From: Candidatus Chewarchaeum aethiopicum
GTDB lineage: Archaea > Halobacteriota > Halobacteria > Halobacteriales > Hikarchaeaceae
Direction of reading: 5' to 3'
Length of the DNA: 64,000 nucleotides
Assembly (NCBI GenBank): GCA_034190395.1
Contig: JAXINS010000017.1
Location: 36,179 to 100,178, forward strand
Shown: in pieces, positions 1 to 9,761 of the stretch
How positions within the stretch are numbered: position 1 is the first letter of the stretch
How the letters are laid out: each line of letters starts with the position of its first letter
Made by a program: the position numbers and the translations under genes
The notes under the pieces: generated by a model
What the model was told of the DNA's origin: nothing
What the model saw: only the letters and a program-made list of their open reading frames with translations
Database searches by the model: none

Positions 1-1248
1 GCGGTCGGGTTGGCGGACCTCTATGCCCGGCTTCCGCTTCGGATCGGGTTGGGGCTCGGCAGCGGCGCGATCGCGCTCTCGAGTCAGGACACCGGCAGCG
101 GCGCCACCACCAACCGGGACGTCGCGATCACCCAGTCGATCGCGCTGGGGATCCTAGCCGGTATCCCGTTTATCCTGTTTGGCGTCGTCTTCGGCCGGCC
201 GGCGATCGCGATCCTCGGCGCCCCACCCGAGGTCGCCCGCATGGGCGGAACCTATCTGGCGATCATTTTCGCGACGGGACCGGCCAGACACACCGCCCTC
301 ATCGGGGCCCGGGCGCTCCAGGGAACCGGCGACACCCGGACGCCGATGTACATCAACGTCGTCTCGAACAGCCTCAACATCCTCGGCACCGTCGGTCTGG
401 GGTTGGGGCTGGGACCACTACCCCGGCTGGGGATCGTCGGCGTCGGGGTTGCCACGGCTGTCGGCAACGTCTTCACCGCGATCACGCTGTTGGGAGCGAT
501 CGCCAGCCCGTGGACCGCCGCCTCGTTCGTCCTGACGATCGATCGCACGATCATCAAACAACTCCTCGTGGTGTCGGCCCCACGGATCGGCGAGGGGCTC
601 GCGGCCACGATCGCGGAGTTTCCGTTCAACTCGATCCTGCTCGGGTTCGGAACGGAAGTCAACGCAGCCTACCAGATCGGTCGACGGATGTATCAACAGG
701 TGACGGCCCCACTCTCACGGGGATACAACACCGCCGCGAGCATCGTCGTCGGTCAGGCGCTGGGTGAGGGTGATCCGGCCGCCGCCCGGTTCAACGGCTG
801 GGCAACGGCGGCACTCGGGATCGTCACCGTCGGTACGATCGGCATCGGGCTCGTCCTCGGAGCCGAGCAGTTCGTCGAGCTGTTCACCCGCGATGCGGCG
901 ACGATCGGCTATGCGGCCGACTTCGCCCGTGCCTACGGGCTGGCGGCGCCCTTGACGGTGATCGGGCTGGTCCTCGCGGGTGCGCTCCGTGGGGGCAGCG
1001 AGACCCGGGTGCCGTTCATCGCCCGGACGACCGGGATGTTCGGGTTCATGCTCGGGTTCACCTACCTGACCGGCGTCTGGCTCGGCTACGGCGTGCTCGG
1101 CGCGTATGCGGGGATCATCCTCTTTTATGCCTGGAACGCGCTCGTCGTGGGCGCGGGGTTTTATCGGGGCAGCTGGGCGAGTCGGGCCGAGCGGATGATG
1201 GCCGAACGCGGCAGCGACGAGGACCCCAGTGTGTCACCCGATGAGTGA
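1..1248 (+). CDS. MATE family efflux transporter (5'-partial)
   Basis: Frame is open from position 1. Multi-TM protein with MATE motifs (ALQGTGDTRTPM, VVGQALGEG, ALRGGSETRVP). Confidence 0.9.
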   Translation, partial: AVGLADLYARLPLRIGLGLGSGAIALSSQDTGSGATTNRDVAITQSIALGILAGIPFILFGVVFGRPAIAILGAPPEVARMGGTYLAIIFATGPARHTALIGARALQGTGDTRTPMYINVVSNSLNILGTVGLGLGLGPLPRLGIVGVGVATAVGNVFTAITLLGAIASPWTAASFVLTIDRTIIKQLLVVSAPRIGEGLAATIAEFPFNSILLGFGTEVNAAYQIGRRMYQQVTAPLSRGYNTAASIVVGQALGEGDPAAARFNGWATAALGIVTVGTIGIGLVLGAEQFVELFTRDAATIGYAADFARAYGLAAPLTVIGLVLAGALRGGSETRVPFIARTTGMFGFMLGFTYLTGVWLGYGVLGAYAGIILFYAWNALVVGAGFYRGSWASRAERMMAERGSDEDPSVSPDE

Positions 1249-1281
1249 TCGAAGACTCGCAAAACGAAAAACGGGGCAGCG

Positions 1282-2436
1282 TTACCGTTCGTCGATCGGA
1301 ATCCAGTCCTGGGCTTCGGGTCCGACGTACCGTCCGCGGGGCCGGATCAGCCGGTTGTCCTCCTGATACTCAAGGACGTGAGCAGCCCAGCCGCCGACTC
1401 GGCTCATCGCGAAGATGGGAGTGTACATATCGATCGGGATGCCCAGCTGGTAGTACACCGACCCGGAGTAGAAGTCGACGTTGGGCGCGATGCCGCGGTC
1501 GGGCAGGCCGATCTCGTCGGTGAGGTACTCCTCGATCGTTTTGGTGTACTCGTACCACTTGCGTTCCCCGGAACTCTCGCTGAGATCCTTGCCCTTGCGC
1601 TCGAGGATCTTCGCCCGGGGGTCTTTCACCTGGTAGACACGGTGGCCCCACCCGGGGATCCGACGGTCGTTCTCGATGGCGGTCTTGACCCACTCGCGGG
1701 GATCCATTTCGCTGTCGTCGATTTCCAACAGGACTTCCATGACGTCCTGGTTTGCCCCGCCGTGAAGCGGGCCGGCGAGGGCACTGATGCCGCCGGTCAC
1801 GGCGGCGTACATGTCCGCCAGCGTGCTGGCGATGACCATCGCGGTGAACGTCGACGCGTTGAAACCGTGATCGGCGTGCAGCGTCAGCGCCATATCGAAG
1901 GTTTCGGCGGCGACGGCATCCGGTTCGGTCCCGGTGAGCATGTATAGAAAGTTCGCCGCGAACCCCAGATCCGGGTCCGGCTCGATGATCTCCTCGCCCT
2001 GGCGGGCACGCTCGAAGGCCGCCAGCAGCGTCGGCGTCTTCGCGATGATACGCCGGCCCTTGCGGGCGGCCGTGTCGAGGTCCTCCGGATCGGCACCGGC
2101 ATCGGGATCGATCGCCGACAGCATCGATACCGCCGTCCGCAGCGCCGCCATCGGCTCGGTATCGAGCGCCGCCATGATGCGGACGACCTCAAGGAGGCGG
2201 TCGTCGACCGCACGGTCCTCCCGGAGGTCGTCGGTAAAGGCCGTGAGTTGCGCCCGGGTCGGCAGCTCCCCGTGCCACAGCAAATAGAGGACTTCCTCGT
2301 AAGTGGCCTCTTCGGCGAGGTCCTCGATCGCATAGCCCCGATACGTCAGGCGCCCGTTCTCGCCGTCGATGTAACTTAACGTAGACTCGTCGACGACGAC
2401 CCCCTCAAGACCCTTTTTGAGCTCAGACTCTGCCAT
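1282..2436 (-). CDS. citZ: Citrate synthase
   Basis: KGLEGV, LTLHADHGFNAST, GPLHGGAN, GWGHRVY, PNVDFYSG motifs. Start taken at MAESELKK. Confidence 0.97.
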   Translation of the reverse strand: MAESELKKGLEGVVVDESTLSYIDGENGRLTYRGYAIEDLAEEATYEEVLYLLWHGELPTRAQLTAFTDDLREDRAVDDRLLEVVRIMAALDTEPMAALRTAVSMLSAIDPDAGADPEDLDTAARKGRRIIAKTPTLLAAFERARQGEEIIEPDPDLGFAANFLYMLTGTEPDAVAAETFDMALTLHADHGFNASTFTAMVIASTLADMYAAVTGGISALAGPLHGGANQDVMEVLLEIDDSEMDPREWVKTAIENDRRIPGWGHRVYQVKDPRAKILERKGKDLSESSGERKWYEYTKTIEEYLTDEIGLPDRGIAPNVDFYSGSVYYQLGIPIDMYTPIFAMSRVGGWAAHVLEYQEDNRLIRPRGRYVGPEAQDWIPIDER

Positions 2437-2437
2437 G

Positions 2438-2474
2438 TGCGGAGGATTGACAATCACTCCGCAAAAGGGTTGTC
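2438..2474. promoter_or_regulatory. Inverted repeat (candidate operator) and TATA-like element upstream of citZ
   Basis: TGCGGAG-GATTG-A-CAATC-A-CTCCGCA dyad lies between the ATG and GACAACCCTTTT (minus strand). Confidence 0.45.
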
Positions 2475-2644
2475 TTTAATTCGGAAAACTCGACAAACGT
2501 CGACCGGGCCGCTGTCGGTCGGATTTGGCGGCTACACGGCCGATCTCACCGCTATATAGACGCGTGACGATCAGGAGTTCGACGATCGTTGATCGGCGCT
2601 AAAAGCGGCGACAACCCTTTGGATCGATACGGGGAAGTAGATAC

Positions 2645-3841
2645 ATGGCCGGTAACGAGGTCGAATACGAACCGGTGAGCGTCAAGACGGTGCTCGCCGA
2701 GATGAAAGACACCGCCGAGCTGTTGATTGATCTCGCCTACTCGGCGGTGTTATACGGTGCCGACGACATCGCCACGGAAGTACTCGACCTCGAAGAACGG
2801 ATGGACGTCCTCCAGCTACAAGCCCGGATGAGCCTCCTGATGGCGGCCCGGAGCCCCGAGGACGCCGAGGCGCTGGCACCGGTGCTTGGGGTGGTCGGCG
2901 CCGCCGAGAAAATCAGCGACGCCGCCGGCGATATCGCCAAGATCGTCCTCGAGGAGATCGGTCTCCCCGAGGAACTGCGGTCGGCCCTTCCCGAGGCAAT
3001 GGAGATGGTCGGCCGGGCTGAACTCGCCGGGGAATCATCGCTCACGGGGGCGACGTTGGGTGCGCTCAACCTCGAAACCGAGACCGGCGTTCGCGTGATC
3101 GCCATCCGGCGGGGTGGCGACTGGCTATTGAACCCCGATCACGAGACGCGATTACAGGCCGGCGACATCGCCCTCCTCCGCGGCTCGGAGGAACAGCTCG
3201 CAACCGTCTACGAGGACGCCACCGGCACGTCGTACACCCTCCCCGAAGAGAGCGTGCCCGAATTCGACGATCTAGAACGGGCGGTCGATTCGATCGTCCT
3301 GATGAAAGACATGAGCGAGCTGGCGGTCGATCTCGCCTACAGCGCCCTGCTGTTCGATTCCGAGACGGTCGCCGAGGAGGTCCTCGAACTCGAAGCCGAG
3401 GTCGACGCCCTCGAATCCCGGTTCGAGGCCTGGACGCTTCGGGCGGCCAAGCGAGTCGACGATCCGATCGCCCTCCGGGGGCTGATGCATTTAGCGACGG
3501 CAACGGAGGTCATCTCGGATGCCGCCCTGGAGATCGCCGAGGGAATGCTTCGAGGGCTCGGCACCCATCCGGTCGTCGCCGAAGCCGTCTCGGAGTCGGA
3601 CGAGGTGTTGATCCGCGAACAGATCGCCGTGAACAGCGAACTCACGGCCGGGACCCTCGGTGAACTCGCCCTCGAAACCGAAACCGGGATGCGGATAATC
3701 GCCATCCGCCGGGAGGGCGCCAACCGGTCCGACTGGATCGTCTCGCCCGGACCGACGACACAGCTGGAGGCCGGAGACGTCCTCATCGCCAAGGGGACCC
3801 GTGCCGGTGCCGAGCGACTCGGGGAACTCGCGGCGGGCTAA
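2645..3841 (+). CDS. PhoU + TrkA_C (RCK_C) duplicated-domain protein (potassium channel family)
   Basis: Internal duplication (MKDTAELLIDLAYSA / MKDMSELAVDLAYSA; LETETGVRVIAIRR / LETETGMRIIAIRR). Confidence 0.85.
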   Translation: MAGNEVEYEPVSVKTVLAEMKDTAELLIDLAYSAVLYGADDIATEVLDLEERMDVLQLQARMSLLMAARSPEDAEALAPVLGVVGAAEKISDAAGDIAKIVLEEIGLPEELRSALPEAMEMVGRAELAGESSLTGATLGALNLETETGVRVIAIRRGGDWLLNPDHETRLQAGDIALLRGSEEQLATVYEDATGTSYTLPEESVPEFDDLERAVDSIVLMKDMSELAVDLAYSALLFDSETVAEEVLELEAEVDALESRFEAWTLRAAKRVDDPIALRGLMHLATATEVISDAALEIAEGMLRGLGTHPVVAEAVSESDEVLIREQIAVNSELTAGTLGELALETETGMRIIAIRREGANRSDWIVSPGPTTQLEAGDVLIAKGTRAGAERLGELAAG

Positions 3842-4116
3842 TCGAGCCGGCGGGCTCGCCGGATCGCCGCCACGACCGTCAGCGTCACGGTCAAAAGTGC
3901 GCCCATACTGACGGCCAAAACAAAGGCGAGCAGCGCGAACAGTACTGGCGAGCCGCGTGTATCCGGAACCGGGCCGAGGAGTTCGGCAATCCGGTAGACA
4001 TAGACCGCGACCGCGATCCCGATACCAAGCGCGAAGCCGATCTTCGCGTTCCGCGGGAGACCGAGCTCCCGGAAGAGCTCGACCGTCGGCGAACGTTCGG
4101 CGGAATCGTCAGCCAC
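3838..4116 (-). CDS. Small two-TM haloarchaeal membrane protein
   Basis: Two hydrophobic helices. Probable GTG start at 4116. Stop overlaps the convergent gene. Confidence 0.7.
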   Translation of the reverse strand: MADDSAERSPTVELFRELGLPRNAKIGFALGIGIAVAVYVYRIAELLGPVPDTRGSPVLFALLAFVLAVSMGALLTVTLTVVAAIRRARRLD

Positions 4117-4241
4117 GGCTATCGATACGGCTGGCGGCGGCAAAGTGGCATCGATCCACCCCCACTAACCGGCCCGACCGACGGCTCGTGCGGAAACGGA
4201 ACCCGATAGACACAATACGCTGGATCTGTCGCTTCGCAACA

Positions 4242-5198
4242 ATGACGACACTCGGGACGGCAACCGCCGATCCGGGCGAGATCGATACCGGTCGCCTGGA
4301 TGTCGGGGAGACACGCGATGGCTCACCGTTCGGACTCCCGGTCGCGGTGATCGAGGGCGATCAGGACGGCCCAACACTGTATATCCAGGCCGTCAGCGAC
4401 GGGGACGAACTCAACGGTCTCGGCGTCGTTCAGCGGCTCGTGCCCCGCCTCGATCCGGACACGCTCGCCGGGACGGTACTGATCGTCGGAATCGTCAACT
4501 ACCACGCCTTTCAGATCGCTGAGCACCGCAACCCGATCGATAACACGAAAATGAATCGGGCCTACCCCGGCGAACCGGCCGGGACCTCAAGCGAACGGAT
4601 CGCCCACGCAACTTTCCAAGCGGCGACCCAGGCCGATTACGTGCTTGACCTTCACCAGGGTTCGACCAGCCGCATGCTCAACGAGACCCGGGTCCGGTGT
4701 GGCCGCCATCACCGGTTGCACGACGACTGTCTCGAACTCGCGAAGGTGTTCGACTGTGGCTATGTCCTCGATCAGAAAGGTCCCGACGGCCAGCTCGCCC
4801 GTGCCGCACCCGACGAGGACGTGCCCACGATCGACCCGGAGCTGGGCGGGGCGGTCGGCTGGGACGAGGAATCGATTCAATATGGCCTGGAGGGCGTAAT
4901 GAACGTACTGCAGTATTACGGGTTTCTCGATGGCGAGGTCGATCCCGGTACCCAAACCCGCGCCAAGGGATTCGAGCGACATAACTCCCCGACCGGCGGA
5001 TTGATCGACTACCGATTCGAACTCGGCGATCGCGTCCAGCGTGGGGACGTACTGTTCGAGGTGACCGATGTCTTCGGCGGGAACAAAGCCGACGTCACCG
5101 CCAAGGAAGGCGGGATCTTCTGGCGCTCGCGCCGGCTACCGCAGGTCGCGACGGGCGAATACGTCTGCTCGATAGCGACCGATATCGATGAGTACTGA
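4242..5198 (+). CDS. Succinylglutamate desuccinylase/aspartoacylase (M14-like) family protein
   Basis: SDGDELNG, MNRAYPG, LDLHQG, PELGG motifs plus a C-terminal biotinyl-like domain. Confidence 0.9.
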   Translation: MTTLGTATADPGEIDTGRLDVGETRDGSPFGLPVAVIEGDQDGPTLYIQAVSDGDELNGLGVVQRLVPRLDPDTLAGTVLIVGIVNYHAFQIAEHRNPIDNTKMNRAYPGEPAGTSSERIAHATFQAATQADYVLDLHQGSTSRMLNETRVRCGRHHRLHDDCLELAKVFDCGYVLDQKGPDGQLARAAPDEDVPTIDPELGGAVGWDEESIQYGLEGVMNVLQYYGFLDGEVDPGTQTRAKGFERHNSPTGGLIDYRFELGDRVQRGDVLFEVTDVFGGNKADVTAKEGGIFWRSRRLPQVATGEYVCSIATDIDEY

Positions 5199-5271
5199 CG
5201 TCGGCGAACGACGATATCGACATGGACACCGACACCGACACAGCTACCCCGGGGCCGGTCAATGAACCGAT

Positions 5272-6366
5272 ATGACCACACTCCGCTGTAGCGTCTGTGA
5301 CTCCGAATACGACAGCGGGCCGACCGAACCCTGGCGGTGTACCTGTGGTGGACCGCTCGATTTTGCTGAGGCGCCACGCCCGGACGGATCGGCGCCCGAT
5401 CCGACCGCCCTCGATACACGGGCCGGGCTCTGGGCGTTTTCGGATTTCCTCCCGATCACCCCACGGGTAACGCTGGGTGAGGGGTTCACACCGCTGGTTG
5501 AAGCCAACGACTGGAACGCCCAATTCAAACTGGAATGGGTGTTTCCCTCGGGCAGTTTCAAAGATCGAGGGGCAACGGCGCTGCTCTCGCGGGCCGCCGA
5601 GCTCGGCGTCGACCGTGTCGTCGATGACTCCTCGGGCAACGCCGGTGCGGCCATCGCACAGTACGCCGCAGTCGCCGATATTCCGGCCGAAATCTACGTG
5701 CCAGCCGGGGTCAAGCAGGCCAAGCTGCGGGCGATCGAGCGGGCGGGCGCCGAGCCGATCCGGATCGAAGGAAGCCGGGAAGACGTCACCGCCGCCTGCA
5801 TCGACCGGGTCGAAAGCGGCGACGCCTGGTACGCAAGCCACGCCTGGAACCCGGCCTTTTTCGCCGGCACGAGTACCTTCGCCATGGAGGTGTGTGCCCA
5901 GCGGGATTGGGAACCGCCCGAGGCCGTCGTTAGCCCGCTCGGGCACGGCACGCTCTTTTTGGGCGCCTATCGGGGGTTTCAAACCCTCAAGGACGCGGGA
6001 TGGATCGACCGACTCCCCCGTATGCTCGGCGCCCAGGCGGCGGGCTATGCGCCGATCGTCGCCGAACTCCATGGGGAGAGTGCCGCGGCGGGAACGAACG
6101 ACGTCGCCGATGGGATTCAGATCCGCGAGCCCGCCCGGAAAGCACAGATCATCACGGCCATCGAGGCAACCGACGGGGATGCGATTGCGGTCAGCGAGGC
6201 GGCCGTCGACGCCGCGCTCGATCGGCTCCATCGCGGCGGGTATTACACCGAACCGACGTGCGCCGCCGCACCGGCCGCCCTCGAGGAATACCGGGAGCGA
6301 GGCGTGCTCGCGGCGGACGCCGATGTCGTCGTGCCGCTGACCGGCAGCGGTCTCAAAAGCGAATAA
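5272..6366 (+). CDS. thrC: Threonine synthase-like PLP-dependent enzyme
   Basis: N-terminal Zn ribbon, TLGEGFTPL, PSGSFKDRG (PLP lysine), SSGNAG, LTGSGLK. Confidence 0.8.
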   Translation: MTTLRCSVCDSEYDSGPTEPWRCTCGGPLDFAEAPRPDGSAPDPTALDTRAGLWAFSDFLPITPRVTLGEGFTPLVEANDWNAQFKLEWVFPSGSFKDRGATALLSRAAELGVDRVVDDSSGNAGAAIAQYAAVADIPAEIYVPAGVKQAKLRAIERAGAEPIRIEGSREDVTAACIDRVESGDAWYASHAWNPAFFAGTSTFAMEVCAQRDWEPPEAVVSPLGHGTLFLGAYRGFQTLKDAGWIDRLPRMLGAQAAGYAPIVAELHGESAAAGTNDVADGIQIREPARKAQIITAIEATDGDAIAVSEAAVDAALDRLHRGGYYTEPTCAAAPAALEEYRERGVLAADADVVVPLTGSGLKSE

Positions 6367-6380
6367 CCGAGCGTGAACCG

Positions 6381-6866
6381 TTAGTCGTAGTATTCGGCCA
6401 TGAGCTCGCCGACCCACACCGGCTGAGTGACCGTTCCACGCGGCCCGAATTCCCGCATGTAGGGTTTGATGTCGAGCACCGGCGTGCCATCGATCGCATC
6501 GAGCGCCCGGACCCGGAGCCGTCGGCCCTCGACGGCGATCACCGCACATCGCGAAAGCCCGAGCCGGTTCGGCCGGCCCTTGGCTCGCTGGGCGAAGATG
6601 CCCAGCTCCGGCCACTCGGTGTTGTTGCGGGGATGACGAGCGCCGTCCTCGATACCGGCCGCCCGAACGCGATGCATGTAGAAGATCACCTCGACGTGGG
6701 AGAACGTCTCGAGGCCCGCCAGGGCGTCCGGAGTGAAGCGATCGGCGAGTTCGATCTCGGCGACGACATCCCCCCAGTGGTCGTCGCGTTTCTCAGTGCG
6801 TGGGGAAGTGACGGTCCCGATCGGCTCAAGGGTGATCGTCCCGTCGGCTGGATCGTCGTCGACCAT
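6381..6866 (-). CDS. TrmO/TsaA (YaeB/AF0241) family SAM-binding tRNA methyltransferase-like protein
   Basis: LEPIGTV, LAGLETFSHV, GIFAQRAKGRPNRLGLS, LDAIDGTPVLDIKPY. Confidence 0.85.
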   Translation of the reverse strand: MVDDDPADGTITLEPIGTVTSPRTEKRDDHWGDVVAEIELADRFTPDALAGLETFSHVEVIFYMHRVRAAGIEDGARHPRNNTEWPELGIFAQRAKGRPNRLGLSRCAVIAVEGRRLRVRALDAIDGTPVLDIKPYMREFGPRGTVTQPVWVGELMAEYYD

Positions 6867-6919
6867 ACCCACCCTCCACGGCCGGGAGCAATACGCGTTG
6901 TTTCCGACGACCCGGCCGG

Positions 6920-8197
6920 TTACCGCTCGGGATGGATTGGGGCGTCGAAGCCCCCCCGGATCAGCGGTTTGGCGATGTGACGGCGCGCACACGGCGGGAC
7001 CTCGTACCAGCCAACCTCGAGGTCCCGATCGATCGGCCGTTCGGTTTTGCCGGGTGCAGTCGTCCCACAAGGTCGACACCGATACCCCTGTTCGGCGCCA
7101 GCGCTTTCCATCCGGTTGCCACAGTCCGGACAGGTCGGCGTCACCAGTTCCGTCGTTCGTCGCTCCCGGAGGGCGAACTTCTCGAGTTTGAGCGTCCCGT
7201 TCCGGACGCCGCCACAGACGGTAAGCCGGTCACCGACCCGGAGGGCACGGACCCGATCCCGGAACCGTTTGGTCGGCTCGAAGGCCGCACATTGGACGCT
7301 CGACCCCTGATCGTCGGCCCGGAGATCGAAGAAGACGTGCCCGCCCTCCCGGGTCTCCGGGGCCGTCGCGACGGTGCCGGCGAGACGATAGGCCCGCCGG
7401 TCCTGAAGATCGCCGATTGTCCCCGGTTGGAGATGGGCATCGGTGCCCTGGTTCGTGACGAACAGGCGGGTTCGTTCGATCGGTTCGGAGTCGATCCGGT
7501 CGGCCACCGAGCGAACGGCCGCAGGATCATCACCACGGATGCCATAAAGCAGCGGCCCCGGGGTGTGTGGCACACAGACAGCCTCGTTTTCGACTCGATC
7601 GACGGTATCCCAGGCGTCGGGATAGGACGCCTCGGCAGCCGCGAAGACGGAGTCGTAATCGACGGTGCGGTCGGTCCCCCAGCGGTCTGACTGCCGGTAG
7701 GTGATGAGCTCATAGGTCCAGTCCTCGCGGGCAGCCCACGCACCGACGGCCGCGAGCGCACCGATACGCCCCCGGCCGTTACCCCAGCCGGCCGATCGAT
7801 ACCCATGAGTCTCGATCAGATCGCGGGCGGTCGCGAGATCGAGGATGTCCTGCATCGCCGTGCGGGCAAACGCGGCAACTGAATCGGGAATTGCCGTCGG
7901 AGCGTGGGGGGCAACCACCAACCCGGGGTTGGTCCGAGGATCGTCCACCTCGGCGGTGGCGGTCAGTTCCTCGGTGGCGAGTTCGACGGCCGTCCCGGCG
8001 TCGAGATCGGTGTGGACGGCCAGGGCGGCGTTGCCCCGGGTCTTGTGTTCGACCCCCGGCGTACATCGGACCAACAGACAGCGATCGACGGTCGCCTCGG
8101 CCATCGACTCGATCCGATCGGCGATGCGGGCGGCGAGATAGGTGGTACACATTCCCCGCTCGCGGGAATCGGTATCGTCGATGCCGATGATCGTCAT
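6920..8197 (-). CDS. tiaS: tRNA(Ile2) 2-agmatinylcytidine synthetase
   Basis: IGIDDTDS..GMCTTY, KTRGN, PLLYGIRG, TNQGTDAH, GGHVFF, C-terminal Zn ribbon, ARRHIAKP. Confidence 0.96.
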   Translation of the reverse strand: MTIIGIDDTDSRERGMCTTYLAARIADRIESMAEATVDRCLLVRCTPGVEHKTRGNAALAVHTDLDAGTAVELATEELTATAEVDDPRTNPGLVVAPHAPTAIPDSVAAFARTAMQDILDLATARDLIETHGYRSAGWGNGRGRIGALAAVGAWAAREDWTYELITYRQSDRWGTDRTVDYDSVFAAAEASYPDAWDTVDRVENEAVCVPHTPGPLLYGIRGDDPAAVRSVADRIDSEPIERTRLFVTNQGTDAHLQPGTIGDLQDRRAYRLAGTVATAPETREGGHVFFDLRADDQGSSVQCAAFEPTKRFRDRVRALRVGDRLTVCGGVRNGTLKLEKFALRERRTTELVTPTCPDCGNRMESAGAEQGYRCRPCGTTAPGKTERPIDRDLEVGWYEVPPCARRHIAKPLIRGGFDAPIHPER

Positions 8198-8327
8198 CGC
8201 CGGTCTGTAGACCGTCAACGCGGTTTAATCCTTTCAACGGGATCGAAAGGAAAATCGCCAGATGGCACGGTTGCAGTAGACACAATTTATATATGTTTTG
8301 ATGGCTTATATGACGACGAACAGTATC

Positions 8328-9293
8328 ATGTCCCGTTCCGCACTCGTCGGGAACGTCACCGCGATGCTCGAGGACGCGGGGTTCACCGTAAGCGATCGGT
8401 GTTCGATCCGCCCCAAGAGCTTCGACCTCGCCGCACGGCGGGGCGATGATCTCCTCCTTTTGAAGATCCTCGGGAACATCGACGCGTTCGATTCCCCGAC
8501 CGGAACGGAAATGCGCCGGCTCGGGGAGTTCCTCGAGGCGACCCCGATCGTGATCGGACTCCGAACCCGGGACAAGGAGCTCGATCCGGGGGTCGTCTAC
8601 TTCCGCCACGGCGTGCCGGTGCTCAGCCCGGATACCGCGTTTAACCTCTTCATCGAGGACCTGCCGCCGCTGATCTATGCGGCTCCTGGCGGACTGTACG
8701 TCAACGTCGACGGCGAAATCCTCGCCGAAGAGCGGGAAGCCCGCGGGTGGAGTCTCGGCCGGCTCGCCAACGAACTCGGCGTCTCCCGGCGCACCGTCTC
8801 GAAGTACGAAGACGGCATGGACGCCAGCGTTGACGTCGCGATGCAACTCGAGGAGCTGTTCGGCGACGATCTGACCAGCCCCATCAACGTCTTCGATGAC
8901 CTCGATGAGATCCGCGAGACCGACGAGCCGTCGATCGACGAACACGCCGATCCCGATGACGAACACATCGTCCATCTGCTCACGCGGGTCGGGTTTATCG
9001 TCCATCCGACGATGCGGGCGCCGTTTAAAACCGTCAGCGAGAACGCCGATCGGGACGATCCGGTGTTGTTGACCGGCCACTCGGAGCTCAACAAGACCGC
9101 TGAAAAGCGTGCCCGGATTATGTCCTCGATCGGCGAGGTGACCCGTACCCACTCGGTGTATTTCGTCGACAAGACCAAACGCGAAGCCGTCGACGGGACG
9201 GCACTGGTCGAACAGGAGGAGGTCGAGGATATCAACGAATCGGAGGAACTCCACGACCTGATCCGGGAGCGTAGCGAAACGGCCGATCCCTGA
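8328..9293 (+). CDS. Conserved archaeal Cro/C1-type HTH transcriptional regulator
   Basis: [22 protein letters not shown] and [23 protein letters not shown]. Divergent from tiaS. Confidence 0.88.
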   Translation: MSRSALVGNVTAMLEDAGFTVSDRCSIRPKSFDLAARRGDDLLLLKILGNIDAFDSPTGTEMRRLGEFLEATPIVIGLRTRDKELDPGVVYFRHGVPVLSPDTAFNLFIEDLPPLIYAAPGGLYVNVDGEILAEEREARGWSLGRLANELGVSRRTVSKYEDGMDASVDVAMQLEELFGDDLTSPINVFDDLDEIRETDEPSIDEHADPDDEHIVHLLTRVGFIVHPTMRAPFKTVSENADRDDPVLLTGHSELNKTAEKRARIMSSIGEVTRTHSVYFVDKTKREAVDGTALVEQEEVEDINESEELHDLIRERSETADP

Positions 9294-9456
9294 TCCGCCC
9301 GAATCCGAGCACCCGAACACCGATCCCCCGCCACCAGTTGTCGTGGTCTGCCTCGATCGCCAGCATCGGCTAAGCGACTGAATCGACCGTGATACCCCAA
9401 GCCGTGGCTCAGGCTCACGGTCATAAACCGCAAAAAACCGGAATACGATCCGCCGA

Positions 9457-9723
9457 TCAGGCGCTTGCGCCGTTGCCGTAGGTCTGTTCTAAGTACTCGA
9501 CGATATCGTCGCTTTCCGGCATCCCGTCGATGCCGTTTGCCTTATCGACCAACACCGGGACACCGGTCTGACCGCTGACTTCCTCGACTTCGGTCCGGGC
9601 GCTGTGTGAGGAGGGCACCTCGTGGGAGACGTAGTCGAGATCGAGTTCGGCCAGCTTGTCTTTGACCTTCGCACAATACGGACAACCGGGGAGCTCGTAG
9701 AGCTCGAGGTTCGGTTCCGACAT
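9457..9723 (-). CDS. Glutaredoxin / GST N-terminal domain protein
   Basis: CPYC motif, GQTGVPVLVD, ESDDIVEYL. Confidence 0.9.
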   Translation of the reverse strand: MSEPNLELYELPGCPYCAKVKDKLAELDLDYVSHEVPSSHSARTEVEEVSGQTGVPVLVDKANGIDGMPESDDIVEYLEQTYGNGASA

Positions 9724-9761
9724 ACATCCCTATAGGAGTAACGGAGGGATGAGCGTAACGG

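Noticed and set aside
9383..9422. Hairpin GACCGTGA...TCACGGTC between convergent genes
   Set aside because: Short, and compatible with an ordinary terminator region or chance.
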